Part shown: positions 1 through 16,532 of the stretch, one piece after another
Position numbering within the stretch: position 1 is the first letter of the stretch
Layout: every line of letters starts with the position of its first letter
From: the human T2T-CHM13v2.0 reference genome, Homo sapiens
Assembly: GCF_009914755.1 (NCBI RefSeq)
Contig: NC_060938.1
Reading direction: 5' to 3' (one strand)
Length of the DNA: 64,000 nt
Program-made: the position numbers and the translations under genes
Notes under the pieces: model-generated
What the model was told of the DNA's origin: nothing
The model's database searches: none
What the model saw: only the letters and a program-made list of their open reading frames with translations

Positions 1-138
1 TAGGGAATAATGACAAGAAAAAAAGCCTGTACATGTTCAGTAAAGACACAACCTTTCATTTTTTTTTCTGAATAATTTAGCTCCACAGTTGGTTGAATCC
101 ACAGAGGTGGAACCCACAGATATAGAGGGCTGACTGTA
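1..138. mobile_element. MER2 (TcMar-Tigger) end
   Basis: ...GAACCCACAGATATAGAGGGCTGACTG+TA terminus. Confidence 0.75.
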
Positions 139-204
139 TTTTATACCTGTTCAGATTCTCTATCAGATCAGGTGAGCTTTGAGGGCTAGACACTCAATAA
201 ACAC

Positions 205-438
<234 letters not shown>

Positions 439-713
439 TAGACTTCCCTAAATTCCCCCAGGACAAGGACAGGACTGACCGCAGGGTCCAAATCAGGGCT
501 GCACATGCAGGTGGCTGCAGTTCATGGGACCCACCTTTGAAAGTCAGAGGTGAACAGAGTCTAGAAGTTTGCCACAAGATTGATGTCAGCTGGTCTTGTT
601 CCCTGGTCTCCACAGACTAAAAAAGCCGAGCCCCCCAAAAGTTCAAAGGACTCAACCAATATCTTATTCATCTTCTCTGTGCCTAGAATCGAATCAGACA
701 TTGCTTACAAAAT

Positions 714-1600
714 CATCTTTGTCCATTCAAAAAATATTTATTGATCACCTATTGCATGCCAGGAATTGTGTTGCCCTACAGAACCCCCCCTGTCTGATGG
801 GTGTATAAAGTGAAGTAGAGGTTCCTCTTCAAAGACTTTCCTCCCCATCTAATTAGAAATAAATAGTAACTTCTCTTAGAAGCAAAATTTATTCAAAGAC
901 CTGTGCTAACATTCTTAAGTATTTGCTAGCCGTAATAAAGAAATCAATGTACTTTATGTTCTTAGCTCCTACAATTTAGCTTAAATATTTGCCCTGGCAT
1001 GCTTATACTGGTCCAAGCAAGCATTAGGTCATAGCCTGTTCCTCTTCCTTATTTGAAGGTGTTTTTACCTTTCTCAACATTGCACAAGTTACTTCCTCCT
1101 TCCTTTGTTCTCCTCTGCCTTTGCCTTTTTAAAAAAATTCTACGTTGTTAGCCAATCCGGACAGATACAGAATGTGAGGTCCCATTCCAGCCAATGGAAA
1201 CTGGGCACAGCAGTAGGGTGGACGCGTCAGGTTATAAATGACCCTGTCTCCTTTGTTCAGTGTACTCTCGTGACAAAACTACTGGCAAGTGTACCCCTTC
1301 TGCAGAAAGTAAAAATGTCCTTGCTAAGGAAATTAAATTTATGTTCAAGTGCTATTTCTTTACCGCACCAGGGAACAAGAAATGCTTTTCTAACACGGGA
1401 AAGACAGACCTGTAGCCAGCTACAATGAGACAGCCCAGGGATGGAGCCTCTAACCCAGCAGTAGGTCAGAGGAGGCATCTTGGGGAGGTGAAAGCAGAGG
1501 GGAGTCTCCAAGGAGGAGGAGGAGCTGGGCAGGCAAAGGGTCAGAGGAAGATGTTCCAGGCAGAGAAGGTGAGCTGGGAGCCAGGGAGAAGAGGACCCCA
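714..1600 (-). mobile_element. L2 3' fragment interrupted by LTR10C
   Basis: CATTCAAAAAATATTTATTGATCACCTA L2 end; purine-rich L2 body resumes after the LTR. Confidence 0.55.
802..1395 (+). mobile_element. LTR10C-like solo LTR (ERV1/HERV-I group), inserted in an L2
   Basis: TG...CA ends, TGGG/CGGG 4-bp TSD, two CCAAT boxes, TATAAA, ATTAAA; near-copy at 38180-38771. Confidence 0.8.
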
Positions 1601-3010
1601 TTGGAAATTGCAAGTAAATGTAGAGAAGTCAGTATATGTGCAAAGTGCTTTGTCCAGTTTTGGAGCGCCAAGGAATTAGAAAACAGTGACCCTGACCTCA
1701 AGGAATTTACAGTAAAAGATATGTGAAAAGGGAAATAAATAGTGATATAAAGCATCATGTTTTGCTTCACCTCCCTGGGGGTTACATAATAAGACAGTTT
1801 GAATGTGATTCGGAGCTTCCACCCCACGATTATAAGAATACTTTTCTTTCCTTCCTGGAAAGAAGTCTTCCATGATAAGTTCCACAACCACAGGGTTCTA
1901 CTCAGTCACTAGGACAGTCCTAGAGCTTCTACCTATTAGAGATAAAAAAATCAGAGAAGCCGATGAGTCCCCCTCAGTGTCTTGTTCTCTGCTGTTATTA
2001 TTGCTGTTGCTGTCAGCAGTGCCTCTGATGAGATTTCAGAGCCAGGGCAGAGCTTGTCCAAGGAAGAAAGTGCTTTCAGGACAGAGATAGGGGTTGTGGT
2101 CAGGGAGAGAGGGGAGAAGAGGACCCTTTTCCATAGGGTTCCCCTAAGCAGGGGTTGCTGCAGGCCACGGTGACCTCAACTCCCAGTGCCTTGGCCTACT
2201 GGCCCAGAGCCATTTCAGATCCTGTGAACACAGACATGTGTACATACCCAGAGTCACCCCCAGGGACGGGAGGCTGCCAACCTGAAGCCACATGTATTCT
2301 GGGAAGCAGCATCTATCTTTCCTTGGGGACCCCGCCCTCCCAAGCAAGGAAGTTCCTTTCTTCTGTTCCAAGGCCAGCTCTGTCCCCAGGATGAATGGCA
2401 TCTCTCTGTGGAAACTAAAGGGGAATAGACTTCGGTCTGGTACACATTTAACAAGCTAGTGGTTAGATCAATGCCACAGGGCCCACTCAATAAATACTTG
2501 ATGCTGATTGTACCAGACACTGAAGGAATTGTCCATTCCGCACCAGTTGCCCCTTCTAAAAACTGCCTCTTCCTCCATTCTCATCATGGTTCCCTAGACA
2601 GCTGCAAGATTCTGGAAACATCTTGCCCTCCTGCCCACCATGGGACAGTAAGTTTCTTCCTGGGTATTTTTGGTGGATTGCATCTGAGAAAGTCAGGGTT
2701 CTTTTGATGATGGAAACTGCCAAATGTCCAACTCAGGAGCCGGTGGCAGCTCTGTCAGGAAGAAAAGGGTGACTGTGCAGAGAGAAAAGGCAACTAGAGC
2801 CACAGGGCAGAAAGAAGCAGGAGAGACGGTGAGGGACCCCTCAGGGGAGTCTCTGGTTCTCATCATGTCTGACTTTCCTGTAGTTCTGGCAATAAAACCC
2901 TCTCTTGGCTTAAGCAGCTTTGCGTGCTTTATGTAAGTCTGTCGCCTTATAAACTAGGGTGACCAAGCAATTTATTGTCGAAACTAAGACATTTTAAGAA
3001 TGAAAGGGGT

Positions 3011-3368
<358 letters not shown>

Positions 3369-4547
3369 AATGAAAAGGGACGTTATTAGTAATTACTCTG
3401 GGACAACAGATGTAACCCGGAATGGTCTCATACAAGCCAAAACCTCTATGCACCCTACATACAACCCACTGATCCAATCATGGGACAATCTGTCCACCTC
3501 TACTGAGGTGCACAAGTGGGGCCCTGACGAAGGAGGAAACATCTGACTGTGCAGGTATCTGGCTGGCGGCTGCAGAAACACCTGCCCTAAAACCCATTCC
3601 CCTCTCCTCACTGGCTGAGCACGCTTTCATTGCACCGCCACAGGGAGGAAAACACCTTGTTCCAGACAGGGTCTGAAATTACATCAGGTTCTTATGGGGG
3701 AACCCCCACAGATGAGGAAGTAAACTGGCTTCCATCCCAGTCATGGATCTCGGTGAGGACCACTTACTCTCCCTGGACCTCAGCCAGAAAAAGGAGCGGT
3801 GAGGGTACCTGTTGAATGACAGTGAATTTGCCTCCACATGCTCTGTTTCTTTTTTTTTGTTTTAGATGCCACTGCCCCACAAGCTACATCCTCTGTGAGT
3901 TTTTAAAACCTTCTCCCAGCCTCCTGCATGACTTTGGCCATAAGCATCCTTCCTCATCTGGGCTGAAAACAACAGGGAGTTCCTGAGGGTTGGGCAGCGT
4001 TTGGTCATGAAGGTCAGGGATGCTCTGCCTCCTGCCATGGCTCTAGGGGAGCTCTGTCCTGGTTAGCAAACTAAGAGCCACTAGCAGGAGCTTGTTGATG
4101 TCAGGAAAGTCCACTGGTGGCCTTGGGGTACATGATCCAGCTCCCCTCTGACCCTATTTGGTCACAGATAGGTTCTCCAGGACTGATGGGAAGAAGGAGA
4201 CACTGAGGAAGATGCCTAAGACATCTGGTGGAGCCTTGGCTGTTCCATCTCCACTGTCCCTGTCAAACTCCCAGCAAATGTGCACAGGGAGGGTGGGGAT
4301 GGCTCCATCTTCCAGGGTGACTGTGGGTGAGCATCCTACAGCTCAGAGGCTGCATCCTGCAGGGCGAATCCACCCATTTCCCTGGCTTCTCCAAACACCT
4401 CAGCCTCTTGGTCTTCTACCCTTTGCCCTCTGCAAGAGAGGGAGGAAGGTGTGGTCAGCATGGACTTTACCCCTGAAGGGCTATTGCTTTAAGGAGTGTT
4501 GAGGATTGGGAAGACATCTGTTAAGCCAGCTTGGCAAATTCCCTGTC

Positions 4548-4608
4548 CAGTGTTACAACTCTTTTACAATTTGTCTAGAAGGTTTTCTGGTCTTTACTGA
4601 AAAGCCCC
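4548..4608 (+). pseudogene. U7 snRNA processed pseudogene (RNU7-type retrocopy)
   Basis: CAGTGTTACAACTCTTTTACAATTTGTCTAGAAGGTTTTCTGGTCTTTACTGAAAAGCCCC aligns end to end with human U7; Sm site AATTTGTCTAG 4568-4578; A-rich tail follows. Confidence 0.9.
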
Positions 4609-4658
4609 AAATAAAAATACAATACAATACCATACAATACAATATATAATACAATACA
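4609..4658 (+). repeat. (TACAA)n degenerate poly(A) tail of the U7 retrocopy
   Basis: Directly visible. Confidence 0.8.
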
Positions 4659-4709
4659 TTCCTCTCCATAAATTCCTCTTCTGGAAAGCCCCCCTCAAAA
4701 AAAAATTCC

Positions 4710-5023
4710 GGCCGGACGCAGTGGCTCACGCCTGTAATCTCAGCACTTTGGGAGGCCGAGGTGGGTGGGTCACTTGAGCTCTGGAGTTCAAGACAAGCCT
4801 GGGCAACATGGTAAAACCCCGTCTTTACTAAAAACTACAAAACTTAGCCAGGCGCGGTGGCAGGTGCCTGTAATCCCAGCTACTTGGGAGGCTGAGGCAG
4901 GAGAATCGCTTGAACCTGGGTGGCAGAGGTTGCAGTGAGCCTAGATCACGCCACTACACTCCAGCCTGGGCGACAAAAATAAATAAATAAATAAATGAAA
5001 TAAAAATAAAATGAAAAATAAAA
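4710..5023 (+). mobile_element. Alu
   Basis: Full Alu, (TAAA)n tail. Confidence 0.9.
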
Positions 5024-6217
5024 ACTTCTGTCCATTTGTCTGTTCTCAGAGGGCATATGCCTTTTCCTGAACGTGGAAATAATGCAAAAAGTTCTGACAA
5101 CTGGACAAAGGTCCATAGCCTGTCTGGACAATTCACATGTGCATGTTTGGGGCAGAAGATAGTTGGTATAGAGGGCAAAGACGCCCAGGTGCTGTCGTAA
5201 GAGATCAGTCTAAGTACAGAGACCCCTGTTCCATCCCTTATGGAGTCCCTTTAATGACTGTATCCGGGAATGAACATACCCAAGTCCCCTGAACACAGAC
5301 TCTCCTGCCTCAGCCAGGCTGAGCATTTTGGGACACGGCCTTCCTTCAACTCTCCTCTGCTCTAAAACATCAGTGGCTTTTGACTGCCCCTCAGTCATCC
5401 TTGCACCTCTAGGGCTCTGTCCTCTGATGTCCTACTCACGGAAATTGACCATGTCTTCCAAATCAAACCCTTGACTCCAGGCAGGCCAATATCTATACTC
5501 TAAGATTCCTTTCTCATTCCTGCCTCTACCTACCTGGAGCTCCCTGCCCCTTTAAAAACATGCCTATGCTTCAAGCCAGACTCTTCCTTGGAGCCTTTCC
5601 TGATGACTTCAGCCCATGTTAATTTCATGTATTAGCCATAGTACTAATTTAACGCTTGATCTTATGCTGACACATTCTTGACTACTGTACTGGCCTACGG
5701 CTGCTCTTCCCAATTACAGAGTGTGCAGGACAGAAACTATCTTCTGCATATTCATATCCACACTCCCCCACCATGGTGCTTAGAATAGTACCAAACTTGT
5801 AGTAGGTGTTCAATAAACTCTTGTTAATCATTTGATTTCCATACTGAGTTGAATCGTTTTGGTTTCTTTTAGTGTTGCTGTATGCTAGTGGGTTCTAATC
5901 TTCTCAAATATGAAGATCTCCCTATGAGAAAAGTGGCATCTTGAGTATTGGTTAGATTGAGAAGACACTTGATGATAAAAGGATTTTATATGACTTATCT
6001 TTTATTCATTCTCAACAGAGACTGCACACATTTGAGAAACAGTAGTGCCTGTATGTGTAGGAGAGAAAGGGTAGCCACTGAGTGCTAGAAAATGCTTGCT
6101 GCAGTTGTGGTTCATGAACTCCTTGCTGTAACGGTATAATAGAGATCTCATGGCTTCATGGCCCCAGATTGGGAACCAAAGGAGTATGCAATTCAACATA
6201 ATCCTTGCAAGTACCTA

Positions 6218-6634
<417 letters not shown>

Positions 6635-6871
6635 TCATAATGATTGCATAATGACTATAATGATGATATAATAATTAATAATATATTATTGAGCACTAGT
6701 TGCTAGGTGCTTTTGGTCGCTTTACATGTTGTGTATTATTTAACCCTTACAGGATGTGATGAAGTATCATTATCCCCATGAGGAAACTGTGAGCAGGGAT
6801 TGTTGTGGAAATGGAAATGCAAGTTTTGTATTTGGGTAGATGAGGTACAAAACAGCACCAGCAGAGAAGCG

Positions 6872-7597
6872 AAATGTGGTAGATCCATGAAATGGAATAT
6901 TATCTAGCTATAAAAAGGAATTGAAGACTGATCCATGCAGCAATATGAATGAACCTCAAAACATTATGCTACCTGGGCATGGTGGTTCATGCCTGTAATC
7001 CCAGCACTTTGGGAAGCCAAAGTGGGTGGATTGCTTGAGGCCAAGGTGGGTGGATTGCTTGAGACCAGGAGTTTGAGACCAGCTGGCCAACATGGCAAAA
7101 CCCTATCTCTACTAAAAATACAAAAGTGAACCAATTGTGTTGGTGCATGCCTGTAATCCCAGCTTCTTGGGAGGCTGAGGCATGAGAATTCCTTGAACCC
7201 AGGAGACGGAGGTCACGGTGAACTGAGATGGAGCCACTGCACTCTAGCCTGGGTGACAGAGCAACAAAACAAACAAACAAACAAACAAACAGAAGACCAT
7301 TATGCCAAGTGAGAGAAGCCAGTCACAAAAGGTCACATCTTGTATGGTTCCATTTACATGAAATGTTCCAAACAGGTGACGCCATAGAGGGAGGAGGCAG
7401 ATCAGTGGTTGCAGGGACTGGATCTGTGGAATGAGAAGTGACTGCTTAACAGGTATAGGGTTTCCATGTGGGGTGATGAAAAGTTCTGGAACTAGATAAT
7501 GCTGATAGTTGCCCAACACTATGCAGATACTTAATACCACTAAATTGTACGCTTGAAAACGAGTGCATCTTATGTTATGTGCATTTTACCACAATTT
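6872..7597 (+). mobile_element. L1MB 3' end interrupted by an Alu
   Basis: L1M 3' UTR motifs (AATGGAATATTA..., GGTGATGAAAAGTTCTGGAAC...). Confidence 0.7.
6971..7291 (+). mobile_element. Alu with an internal 24-bp duplication
   Basis: Alu consensus match. Confidence 0.9.
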
Positions 7598-7625
7598 ACA
7601 ACAAAAGTCAAAAAGAGCAACTACA

Positions 7626-8308
<683 letters not shown>

Positions 8309-9621
8309 GTCTTCAGGCCTCGAGTGAGAACTCAAGCCATGATCTCATGAGACAGGGCTGTCATCAGCCTGTGGACATCTATATTAAGGATATACCACTT
8401 TGTAAAAGGATCCAACACAAGCTGTGATGAATGGAACCTGCTCGCTCTGGGTCCAGGCATGGGTGATCTAAAGCAGCAGCTGCCCTCCAGCAGCTGGTCA
8501 CCTCTCCTAGCCACACAAAACTCTAGCCGTCTCCTCTGGTCATGAGACAGCACCCATGAGAAATTCCCCCTGCCCCCCCAGTTCATTTGCCCCTGAAAGC
8601 AGACCATGTGCCCACTTGCTTTTCTTCTTAGCAGCAGCAGAGCAGATGTCCATCCTCGGCGGTCCTGCCTTCTAGAACCGCTTTCCTTCATATCACAAAA
8701 ACAGTGACTATTGCTGAGAAATTAGTCCACCTGTTCCTGAAGAACTTCTAGGAGTCATGGTTGGGATATGCTGATTCCTAGGGGCACCAGGAGGGAGGAG
8801 GAGGCTGGTTCTCAGGGTCGGCAGAGGCTGCCACTCTGCCTGTGCCCTGTCCTTGCCTGGCTCGCTTCCTGCCACAAGGCCAGTGGCTAAGAATAAGGGT
8901 GCTTGTCACCGCATCTTTACACGTGAAGGCAAGTGGCTATGACGTGCACTCCATGTTCTTTCTTTGGTAAGGGAGCTTTTTTTTCCTGGTAGAGTCAAGC
9001 CTCTTAAAAAGAATACACCATAGTTCAATCTGTTTCTTTTGTGGATTTCAAAAGAGATGCTTTATTCGGTTCAGAAATGTGGCAACAGCTGGAGAAGCTA
9101 TTCCCAAGGCAAAGAACAAAGACTTGCAATTATTTATAGTGTGGGATGGGAAGAGAGAAAGATGGAGTGGAAGAAGACTCTGCAAATGGGGGGAGAAAAA
9201 TGGCAGCTCTCCTTTATACACCTCTTCAGTGGTACTCTCCGTTGGCCCACCCCTCCCTCCCCAGCTTTCCGTCTGGGCCCACCTTTCCCCAAAACACATC
9301 TTCTATATCTTTGTCATCTAGACCATCACTGCCTCAATCCAAAGCTCACATCTTCAGTGTCCCACCGCATGCAGAGTCCAGCCCCTGCTTTCCAAGGTAA
9401 AGTCTTGCTGACCTGAGCCAGGTGCTAGTGCCCTTCCACCCACTTCCAATCCCCTATAACAAGAATTTCACTCATGGCCTCTGGGGATAATGGTATAACT
9501 CAAAGGAATGACAAGGATTTCAGATGCTAGTATTTGGTAGTGGGAATGTTTTGAGATAGGTGGGGGTCTTTGTCATCTCCTCACTTTGTATTGCACAAGT
9601 GGCCAATTGAACCAGTAGGGA

Positions 9622-9893
9622 GGCTGGGCGCGGTGGCACTTTGGGAGGCTGAGGCAGGCAGATCACCTGAGGTCAGGAGTTCGAGACCAACCTGGCCAAC
9701 ATGGCAAAACCCCGTTTCTACTAAAAATACAAAAATTAGCCAGGTGTGGTGATGCGCACCTATAATCCCAGCTACTTGGGAGGCTGAGGCAGGAGAATCG
9801 CTTGATTGCTTGAAGCTGGGAGGCGGAGGTTGCAGTGAGCCAAGATTGTGCCACTGCACTCCAGCCTGGGTGACAGAGCGAGACTCCATCTCA
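9622..9893 (+). mobile_element. AluS (tail lost)
   Basis: Alu consensus match. Confidence 0.85.
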
Positions 9894-10459
9894 GGGCCGG
9901 GGGTGGGAAGGAAGAACCAGCAGGGAGATGCATTATTGAAAATTGGGGAGTGCGACCCTCTCACTGGTGACTCCTCCTGGGGCCAAGTCAGTAACGGATG
10001 GAGGAGTTTGTACAGCTATACAGGTTGTGACTTTTCTTGAAATTGCCTGGGGACTGACCACAGCACAGTTCTCCAGAGAGGCTTGTCTGCCCTTAGAGTG
10101 TCGGGGTCCACTCTCGCACTTAGGCCCATGTTCAGCTGAGTGCCTTCCCCTGCCCACCCCCCTGGCTTGTTCCTCCGACTTCTGCACCTACCAAGGTTTC
10201 AGCGTGTACATTCAGCCTGAGGCTGACCACTCAGCTCACCTGTAGGAATTTTTCTCCCTTGATCCTTCCCAGGGTAGGGAACAAGTTGGCCCACTGAGAG
10301 GGAGTGGGTCAGCTGTAGTCAAGAGGCAATTTTACTGAGCTCGCACTGGGAAAATTGGAGAAATTGCTGGGTTGGCACAGGGCATGCTGCCCATGAAACA
10401 CTCTCCAAGATTAACTCATACAATTTCAGATTTCTGTGTCAGCTTAAAAAAATAGCCTT

Positions 10460-11364
<905 letters not shown>

Positions 11365-11380
11365 TGATGTCACTTGTATC

Positions 11381-12115
11381 CAGTGGTGTTTTAGTAAATG
11401 TTTAACAACCAGCTTTCTGGAAGAAAAAGAGAAAAAAATCCTAGTTTGTAGCATTTGCCAATGTTCATAATATAAATATTCCCCACTACAGCCAATGCCA
11501 AGCTGTTAGCCTGATGGCACTGAATGCAGAGCTAGGAAATGCCCCACAGGCCACCATTATGTAGCATTTCTACCATATAGATGTAAAGGACCCTAACAGC
11601 AGAGATGATAGTAAAACATCAGAAAATAATTAGGAAGTGGCTGGGAACCATAGTTCATAGCTCATGCCTATAATCCCAGCACTTCAGAAGGCTGAGGCAG
11701 GAGGATCACTTGAGCCCAGGAGTTAGAGACCAGCCTGGGCAACATGGTGGGACCTTATCTCTAAAACAAAACCAAAAATCAGCCAAGCATGATGGTGCGC
11801 ATCTGTAAGTCCCAGCTACTCAGGAGGCTGAGGCAGGAGGATTGCTTGAGCTTGAGGTCAAGGCTGTAGTGAGCTGTGTTGGCACCACTGCACTCCCAGC
11901 CTGGGTGACAGAGTAAGACTCTGTCTCAAAAATAAAAAATAAAATAATTAGGTGATGAGCTTTGAGTGTGTATTACCTTTGCTTTTTAATATAACTTATT
12001 AAATTATGTTTATATGATTTAATTTCTAATAATGGCTGTATTTAACAACTGGCTCACAAACTTCCCAAAAATTTAACACTCAGCTCCCACAAGCTTGTGT
12101 GAGCCACCTCCAGCC
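11381..12115. mobile_element. MER63-like hAT-Blackjack element interrupted by an Alu
   Basis: CAGTGGTGT...GTAAATGTTTAACAACC terminus. Confidence 0.6.
11639..11945 (+). mobile_element. AluJ
   Basis: Alu consensus match. Confidence 0.85.
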
Positions 12116-12657
12116 TCAGGATGAGTACCTGCCTCATCCTGACCACTGCTGCAGGCCTGTCCTCTTGCCAAAAAGATGTCATTTCTTAGAAGGCAGACTC
12201 GATACTCTATGAGGACAGGGATTGTGTTACCTTGTTGATCATTGAATAACCCATGTGGCCCATGGCCAGCACATCCTCGGTACACTCAGTACATATTTAT
12301 GGAATGAGAGTAAGGGACTTTCCTTGTAAGCGCAGCAACAGTTAATGAATGCTTAGCAAGTAATAGGCTCCTATAAATATTGGCTGATTGAATAGTGGAA
12401 AATAATGGAATAAAAGAAAATTTAATGCATGTAGGTCTTTAGCTTATTTATCTTGATGAGTTAAGTAAAGGTAAAAGATGTCTGTTCTGCTCTAGGCACA
12501 GAGCAAGCTCTCTCTGCATTTGGGATACAGTGTAAGGAGAATGAGAGAAGATGAAGAGCCGAAGAAAGGAGGCTGCTTGATGCAGGAGGTAGCTTTAGAA
12601 GAATTAAGGCCAACAAATGGGACTACTTCCTAACCTACTGAAGAGAACAGCAGTTTA

Positions 12658-13104
<447 letters not shown>

Positions 13105-13368
13105 TTATTCCCACTCAGTTCTGGGTATCCCCACCAACCCAGGGGATCTGCAGTTTTATTTAGGAAAGCATAGCATTTTGGGTCAGTTGGGCTGAGAATC
13201 AGGCTGTGAAAGTCTGAGCCAGGGCCAGCAGGCAGCACACATGGTTTCCAGGTCTGCCCTTGCCCTTGGACTTGCTGTGCCACCTTGGGCAAGTTGCTAC
13301 CCCTCCCTAGGTCTCAGTTTCCTCACCTTCGACATCCTCACCTTTAACTAGAAAATTAGATGGTTTCT

Positions 13369-13569
13369 ACAAAATTAGCCGGGCATGGTGGCACATGCCT
13401 GTAATCCCAGCTACTCAGAAAGCTGAGGCGGGAGAATTGCTTGAACCCGGGAGGCAATAGGTTGCGGTGAGCCAAGATCACGCCATTACACTCCAGCCTG
13501 GGCAACAAGAGTGAAACTCTGTCTCAAAAAAAAAAAAAAAAAGAAGAAGAAGAAGAAAAGAAAAGAAAA
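13369..13569 (+). mobile_element. 5'-truncated Alu with (GAA)n tail
   Basis: TSD AGAAAATTAGATGGTTTC. Confidence 0.85.
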
Positions 13570-14119
13570 TTAGATGGTTTCGAAGTTTCCTTTCAGCTTT
13601 AACATTTGATGAGCCCAAGTTCAATATTCATCCTGACCCAGATTTCAAAGATAATGTACTTAAAATATTACAGAATTTGAAAGTGATCAGTTATCTCCTC
13701 CGCTTAGAAATGTCATCGCTGGCAGTGCATTGGTGGGTGTTAGGGGCTATTTTGGTGCCTGGGTGTTCAGAAGAGGAGGAAGAGAGGGTGGAGAGATTAC
13801 CAATTCAGTAACCTCCTCACGACTTTTGAGGCTAAGTCAATGCTTGTCTTGAATGCCTAATCCAAACAGCTGTGAGTTGTGGAGGTGTGTTAAAATGGTG
13901 ACAAAAATAGCAACTGCTTTCTTTTACTGGGCACCTACTTAGGACCTTGGACTTAACGTGACTTCTCTCTGATTTCCAAAACAACTTCTCAAGGTGTACC
14001 ATACTCTGATTCCATTTTACAGGTGAGCATTGACATCACTTGCTCAAGCTTGCAAAGCTGGATGAGGCTGGAATTCAAACTCCAACCTGACAGCATCCCA
14101 TCTTCTTCCACTGTGGTAA

Positions 14120-14238
14120 TAAGGTGTGGTCCCCAGACCAGCAGCACCAGCCTCCTGGGGAGCTGAGAAATGCTAATTTTGGGACCTTACCCACAGTATC
14201 TAGGAATCTGTGTTTTAACAAGCTCTCCAGTGAATTCT
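14120..14238. mobile_element. MER5A fragment
   Basis: GTGTGGTCCCCAGACCAGCAGCA...TTTTAACAAGCTCTCCAG. Confidence 0.6.
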
Positions 14239-14254
14239 TTTTTTACAAATTTTA

Positions 14255-14875
<621 letters not shown>

Positions 14876-15131
14876 CTTCATTTGAGAGCCCCTGTGTGAG
14901 GTTAGGCCACCTCTTGGCGATAGCCTGGCCAGCTGCCACACTGTGGAGATGCTCAGAAAGCAGGCATCCCTGATGCCCTTACAATGATATGACATTTCCA
15001 CCAGGACGTTGGAAGTCGTGCACTCCTTTGCTGCTGGTCACACCCTAACACTTCAGGGATGTTCCAAATGCCACACAAATCATAAAATTGGCTTATGGAC
15101 GCATTCTTGAGTTGAGTCAAAGTAAGTCATC

Positions 15132-15655
15132 AGATATTTGATAGATCAATGGGGTAACTATACTAACATCAATCTATTGTACATGTCTTTCTGGGGAGGA
15201 CAGGATCTTGCTCTGTTACCCAGGCTGGAATGCAGTGGCATGATCACAGTTCACTGCAGCTTCAAGCGATCCTCCCATTTCAGCCTCTCAAGTGGCTGGA
15301 ACCACAGATGTGTGCCACCATGTCCAGCTAATTTTTTATTTTTTTAGAGATGGGGTCTTACTATGTTGCTCAGGCTGGTCTGAAACTCCTGGGCTCAAGC
15401 AATCCTCCCACCTTGGCCTCCCAAAGTGTTGAAATTAGAGGCGTGAACCACTATGCCTGGCCTTAGTGTAGATCTCAAAAGAGCCAGAAGAGAATAATTC
15501 AAATGTTCCTGGCATAAAGAAGAGATAAATATTTAAAGTGGTAGATATCTCAGTTACCTTGATTTGACTATATGAATGTATCAAATTATCACATATGCCT
15601 CGAAAATATGTATATCTACTATGTATCAATAAATTAAAAACCATAAAAATATTAA
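15132..15655 (+). mobile_element. L1MA 3' end interrupted by an AluJ
   Basis: ...AATATGTATATCTACTATGTATCAATAAA. Confidence 0.7.
15196..15462 (-). mobile_element. AluJ
   Basis: Alu consensus match. Confidence 0.85.
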
Positions 15656-16206
15656 ATAAGTGAATATAGTTTTAAAAAATAAATCACCAGAGATTTTCTA
15701 ATTTGACTTTCAGGCTCCAATGAAGTGATCAGTGTTCAAGGCTTCTGGAATGTCTTACTCCTAAGTTCTCTGTGAGGCGATGGATGAAGTCCAGTATTAG
15801 GGTGAATTTAAATCCTTCTCGAGAAAGTGTCCTTTTGTCTCATGTCCAATAGTGAACTTCCCTCATTTTAAGACAAGCAGATCATAATGTCTAGAATTTT
15901 CCATGTTGATTTCCACCTGGTCTCATTGCTCATACCTGCTGCCACCCCCTCCTCCTCCGGCCCCGGGACTGTCGATGGGAGCCAAAAGGAAAGTGGCATT
16001 GAGGGTAGAGGCAGATGTGAATGGCAGAGGAGCAGTGGTGTCCACGGAGAGACTGTGGAATGTCAGCAAACTTTGGTTTTCTTCTTGGTAGGGTAAAATA
16101 GGGGCTCACAGGCTCTACAGGGCATGGATATGGGGAATTGCATGTGCTCTAGCAGATTTGTGCATCTGCTTCTGGGGATTGGAGGATGCTGCTGGGACCC
16201 CTTCCA

Positions 16207-16208
16207 GT

Positions 16209-16257
<49 letters not shown>
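16207..16257. repeat. (TG)n microsatellite at an Alu tail
   Basis: Directly visible. Confidence 0.95.
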
Positions 16258-16261
<4 letters not shown>

Positions 16262-16532
16262 AGACTGAGTCTCGCTCTATCACCCAGCAGTGGCGTGATC
16301 TCGGTTCACTGCAACCTTCGCCTCCCAGGTACAAGCAATTCTCCTGCCTCAGCCTCCCAAGTAGCTGGGATTGCAGGTACCCCCCATCATGACTGGCTAA
16401 TTTTTGTATTTTTAGTAGAGATGGGATTTCACCATGTTGGCAAGGCTGGTCTCGAACTCCTGACCTCAAATGATCCGCCTGTCTCAGCCTCCCAATGTGC
16501 TGGGATTACAGGTGTGAGCCACCGTGCCCGGC
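16258..16532 (-). mobile_element. AluS
   Basis: Alu consensus match. Confidence 0.9.
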
